Assembly (NCBI GenBank): GCA_964503975.1
Contig: CAZDCI010000003.1
Coordinates: 1 to 49,913, forward strand
Origin: Candidatus Woesearchaeota archaeon
Lineage (GTDB): Archaea > Nanobdellota > Nanobdellia > Pacearchaeales > GW2011-AR1
Reading direction: 5' to 3'
Length of the DNA stretch: 49,913 bases
Of this stretch, positions 47,932 to 49,913 are shown in pieces; the first letter of the stretch is position 1, and every line of letters begins with the position of its first letter. Made by a program: the position numbers and the translations under genes. Under the pieces are notes generated by a model, which worked only from the letters and a program-made list of their open reading frames with translations, was not told where the DNA came from and made no database searches.

Positions 47932-48067
47932 TTAAATCACTTCAAAGGCGGCCTTAAACCTTCAACACCATCTGCATTCTGGGCCAAGTTTGTCCTGTTT
48001 CCCCAATTGAACATGTTTGCAGTCATTCTGTAAGAGACTTCTCCTGCCTGTGTTCCATGGATTGTCA
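47932..48067 (-). repeat. Orphan 3' end A of the fibre-like gene
   Basis: 136 bp matching 49380-49515 with 3 mismatches. Confidence 0.95.
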
Positions 48068-48105
48068 ATTCTCCAAAAATGCGATTTCATAAATTTTAAA
48101 ATCTA

Positions 48106-49320
48106 TTAACTTTTTACTTTAATTATCATTTCCCATGGGTATTTCTTTTCATCGGAATTCTTTTTCCCATAAATTGAAACAGTGTACGTTTCTGAGCTGT
48201 GTTTCTCTTTAAAAAATCTCAGATTTGTATTTTTGGCTCTTTGAAAATTTAATTTGTTTTCTATTGCAAAAATATTTGTATTCTTCTTTACAATAAAATC
48301 AACCTCTTGCTTGTTCGTTGTTCTCCAGAAGTTTATTTCTTGCTTATTTTTAAGTAAATCAGAAAAAAAAGCTGTCTCAAAAGAATTTCCCAAAACAATT
48401 TTAGGAAAAGATTTTAAATGAAGTAAATGCATTAATCCCGTATCAATAAAAAAAACTTTCGGTGTCTTTGTTAATTCAGACCTTATGTTTTTATGAAAAG
48501 GTTTAACTAACTTTATTATATAGGTAGCTTCCAACAAAAACAACCATTCTTTTACTGTCTCTCTGTTTATTCCAATTGTATTAGAAAGCTCATTGATGTT
48601 TAAAAGTTTCCCTGATTGCGACGCTAGTACCTCTAAAAGTTTATTAAAAGAATCTATATCTCTTACATTTCCTAAATTCCGTATATCTTTTCTTATATAT
48701 GTATTTATTATTTGAGACATAAGCACTTTCTTTTTTTCCAAAGATTCTTCCAAAACTAAACGTGGATATCCTCCAAAAAAAACATATTCTTCAAATAAAG
48801 AAATAAGTTCATTATTTATTTTCTCAGTATTTTCTTCTTTTAAAACGTATTTCTTTTCTTTGAATCTTAAAAATTCTTCAAAATTAAGAGGAAAAAGTTC
48901 AAAATTAACACTTCTTCCAACTAATGATTCCTTAAATTTTCTTTTTATATCAAAAGAAGACGAGCCAGAAACAATTAATTTAACCTGGGGAAAGTGGTCA
49001 TGAAACAATTTTAGAAAACTTGAAGGATTTTCTAAGTATTGTATTTCATCTATCAAAAGAAATATTTTTTTACCTTTCTCCAAGTCCCTTTCAAGAAGGT
49101 ATTTATAAACACTTTCGGGCCCTTTTTCACAAAGATCTAAAAATTCAGGCATTTCTAAATCAATATAAAAAAAATTATCCTTTATGTGATTATCAATCAA
49201 GTATTTCATCAAAGAGGTTTTTCCAACTTGTCTTGCGCCATGTATTACTATAACCTCACGAGTATCCAAAAAGCTTACTATCTCGTCAACCAACATTCTC
49301 TTATATAATTTGTATACCAT
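48106..49320 (-). CDS. AAA+ ATPase with DUF4143 domain (COG1373-type)
   Basis: GARQVGKT, IDEIQ, SGSSS, GGYP, PKVFFIDTG, QEVDF. Confidence 0.92.
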   Translation of the reverse strand: MVYKLYKRMLVDEIVSFLDTREVIVIHGARQVGKTSLMKYLIDNHIKDNFFYIDLEMPEFLDLCEKGPESVYKYLLERDLEKGKKIFLLIDEIQYLENPSSFLKLFHDHFPQVKLIVSGSSSFDIKRKFKESLVGRSVNFELFPLNFEEFLRFKEKKYVLKEENTEKINNELISLFEEYVFFGGYPRLVLEESLEKKKVLMSQIINTYIRKDIRNLGNVRDIDSFNKLLEVLASQSGKLLNINELSNTIGINRETVKEWLFLLEATYIIKLVKPFHKNIRSELTKTPKVFFIDTGLMHLLHLKSFPKIVLGNSFETAFFSDLLKNKQEINFWRTTNKQEVDFIVKKNTNIFAIENKLNFQRAKNTNLRFFKEKHSSETYTVSIYGKKNSDEKKYPWEMIIKVKS

Positions 49321-49384
49321 AATATACTTTTTATATAATAAAATGTATACTTAAATCTTTCTATTCTGGAAAACTTTTTTTAAA

Positions 49385-49913
49385 TCACTTCAAAGGCGGC
49401 CTTAAACCTTCAACACCATCTGCATTCTGGGCCAAGTTTGTCCTGTCTCCCCAGTTGAACATGTTTGCAGTCATTCTGTAAGAGACTTCTCCTGCTTGTG
49501 TTCCATGGATTGTCACAGAATTCTCTTTTGAATTTTTCTCATACCAAGCTCTTCCGTCAAATCCTGGAGTTAGTATTATTTGCAGTTTTTCCCAGTTCTT
49601 TCCAAAGTCTGTGGCTTGATAGAACAGCCACAAATCACTTCCTTTTTCAACTTCATCAAAATCAATTGTATAATTACTGCTTAACATTACGGTTCCTGTA
49701 ACCTCTTCTTTTACTCCTCCGGATATGAAAGGAGCGTAAGTTGCATACTTAACACCTTCAATATTATAAACAGGGTCAATTTCCCCTGTGTCTACCGTAA
49801 GCTTTCCTGTAATTCTTGCGTTCCCGTTTACATCTAATTCATACGAAGGCGTAGTATCCCCGATGCCGACTTTGCCGTCTTTATCTATTCTCATTTTCTC
49901 TGTAGGAGTTCCG
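49385..49913 (-). CDS. C-terminal part of a fibre/adhesin-like surface protein (continues beyond the window)
   Basis: Frame open to the window edge; EKMRIDKDGKVGIGDTTP..LDVNG motif typical of trimeric fibre-like proteins. Confidence 0.75.
   Translation of the reverse strand, partial: GTPTEKMRIDKDGKVGIGDTTPSYELDVNGNARITGKLTVDTGEIDPVYNIEGVKYATYAPFISGGVKEEVTGTVMLSSNYTIDFDEVEKGSDLWLFYQATDFGKNWEKLQIILTPGFDGRAWYEKNSKENSVTIHGTQAGEVSYRMTANMFNWGDRTNLAQNADGVEGLRPPLK

Noticed and set aside
43956-48067. Orphan 3' ends as pure assembly artefacts
   Set aside because: Copies B, C and D are strongly diverged alleles with their own indels, which collapse or duplication errors cannot generate. Only copy A remains open to this doubt.
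47932-49515. Diversity-generating retroelement TR/VR pair (near-identical copy of a surface gene's 3' end)
   Set aside because: Coding-strand mismatches are A/G, T/C and G/A, so they are not confined to template adenines. No reverse transcriptase is in the window. The same applies to the 28136/30520/36632 repeats.

Overview
AT-rich archaeal chromosome segment, most likely from a DPANN lineage such as Pacearchaeota or Woesearchaeota. This is inferred from S6e, S28e, L24e, L7Ae, aIF2-gamma and Kae1, a bacterial-type gyrase and Adk, and TTTA(T/A)AAA boxes about 21 nt before many start codons. Bases 1-22.6 kb are mostly housekeeping genes. They include gyrA with an HNH intein, and a free-standing LAGLIDADG gene lying between a relic 5' end of ychF and the present ychF. 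Bases 22.8-49.9 kb form a hypervariable island built from three cassette arrays, with no integrase in the window. (1) Four direct-repeat 28-bp Xer/dif-like sites separate small modules: membrane genes plus IS200, and two AbiE-like toxin-antitoxin pairs. (2) Downstream of a pilin-like surface gene, two orphan copies of its 3' end separate a glycosyltransferase/sulfotransferase/NUDIX cassette and a radical-SAM RiPP cassette. (3) Downstream of a fibre-like surface gene, four orphan copies of its 3' end (the nearest almost identical, the others diverged) separate AAA+/DUF4143 ATPase and toxin-antitoxin cassettes. Arrays 2 and 3 suggest polarized gene accretion anchored on the 3' ends of surface-protein genes. 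All family assignments come from recognising motifs by eye; no database searches were run.
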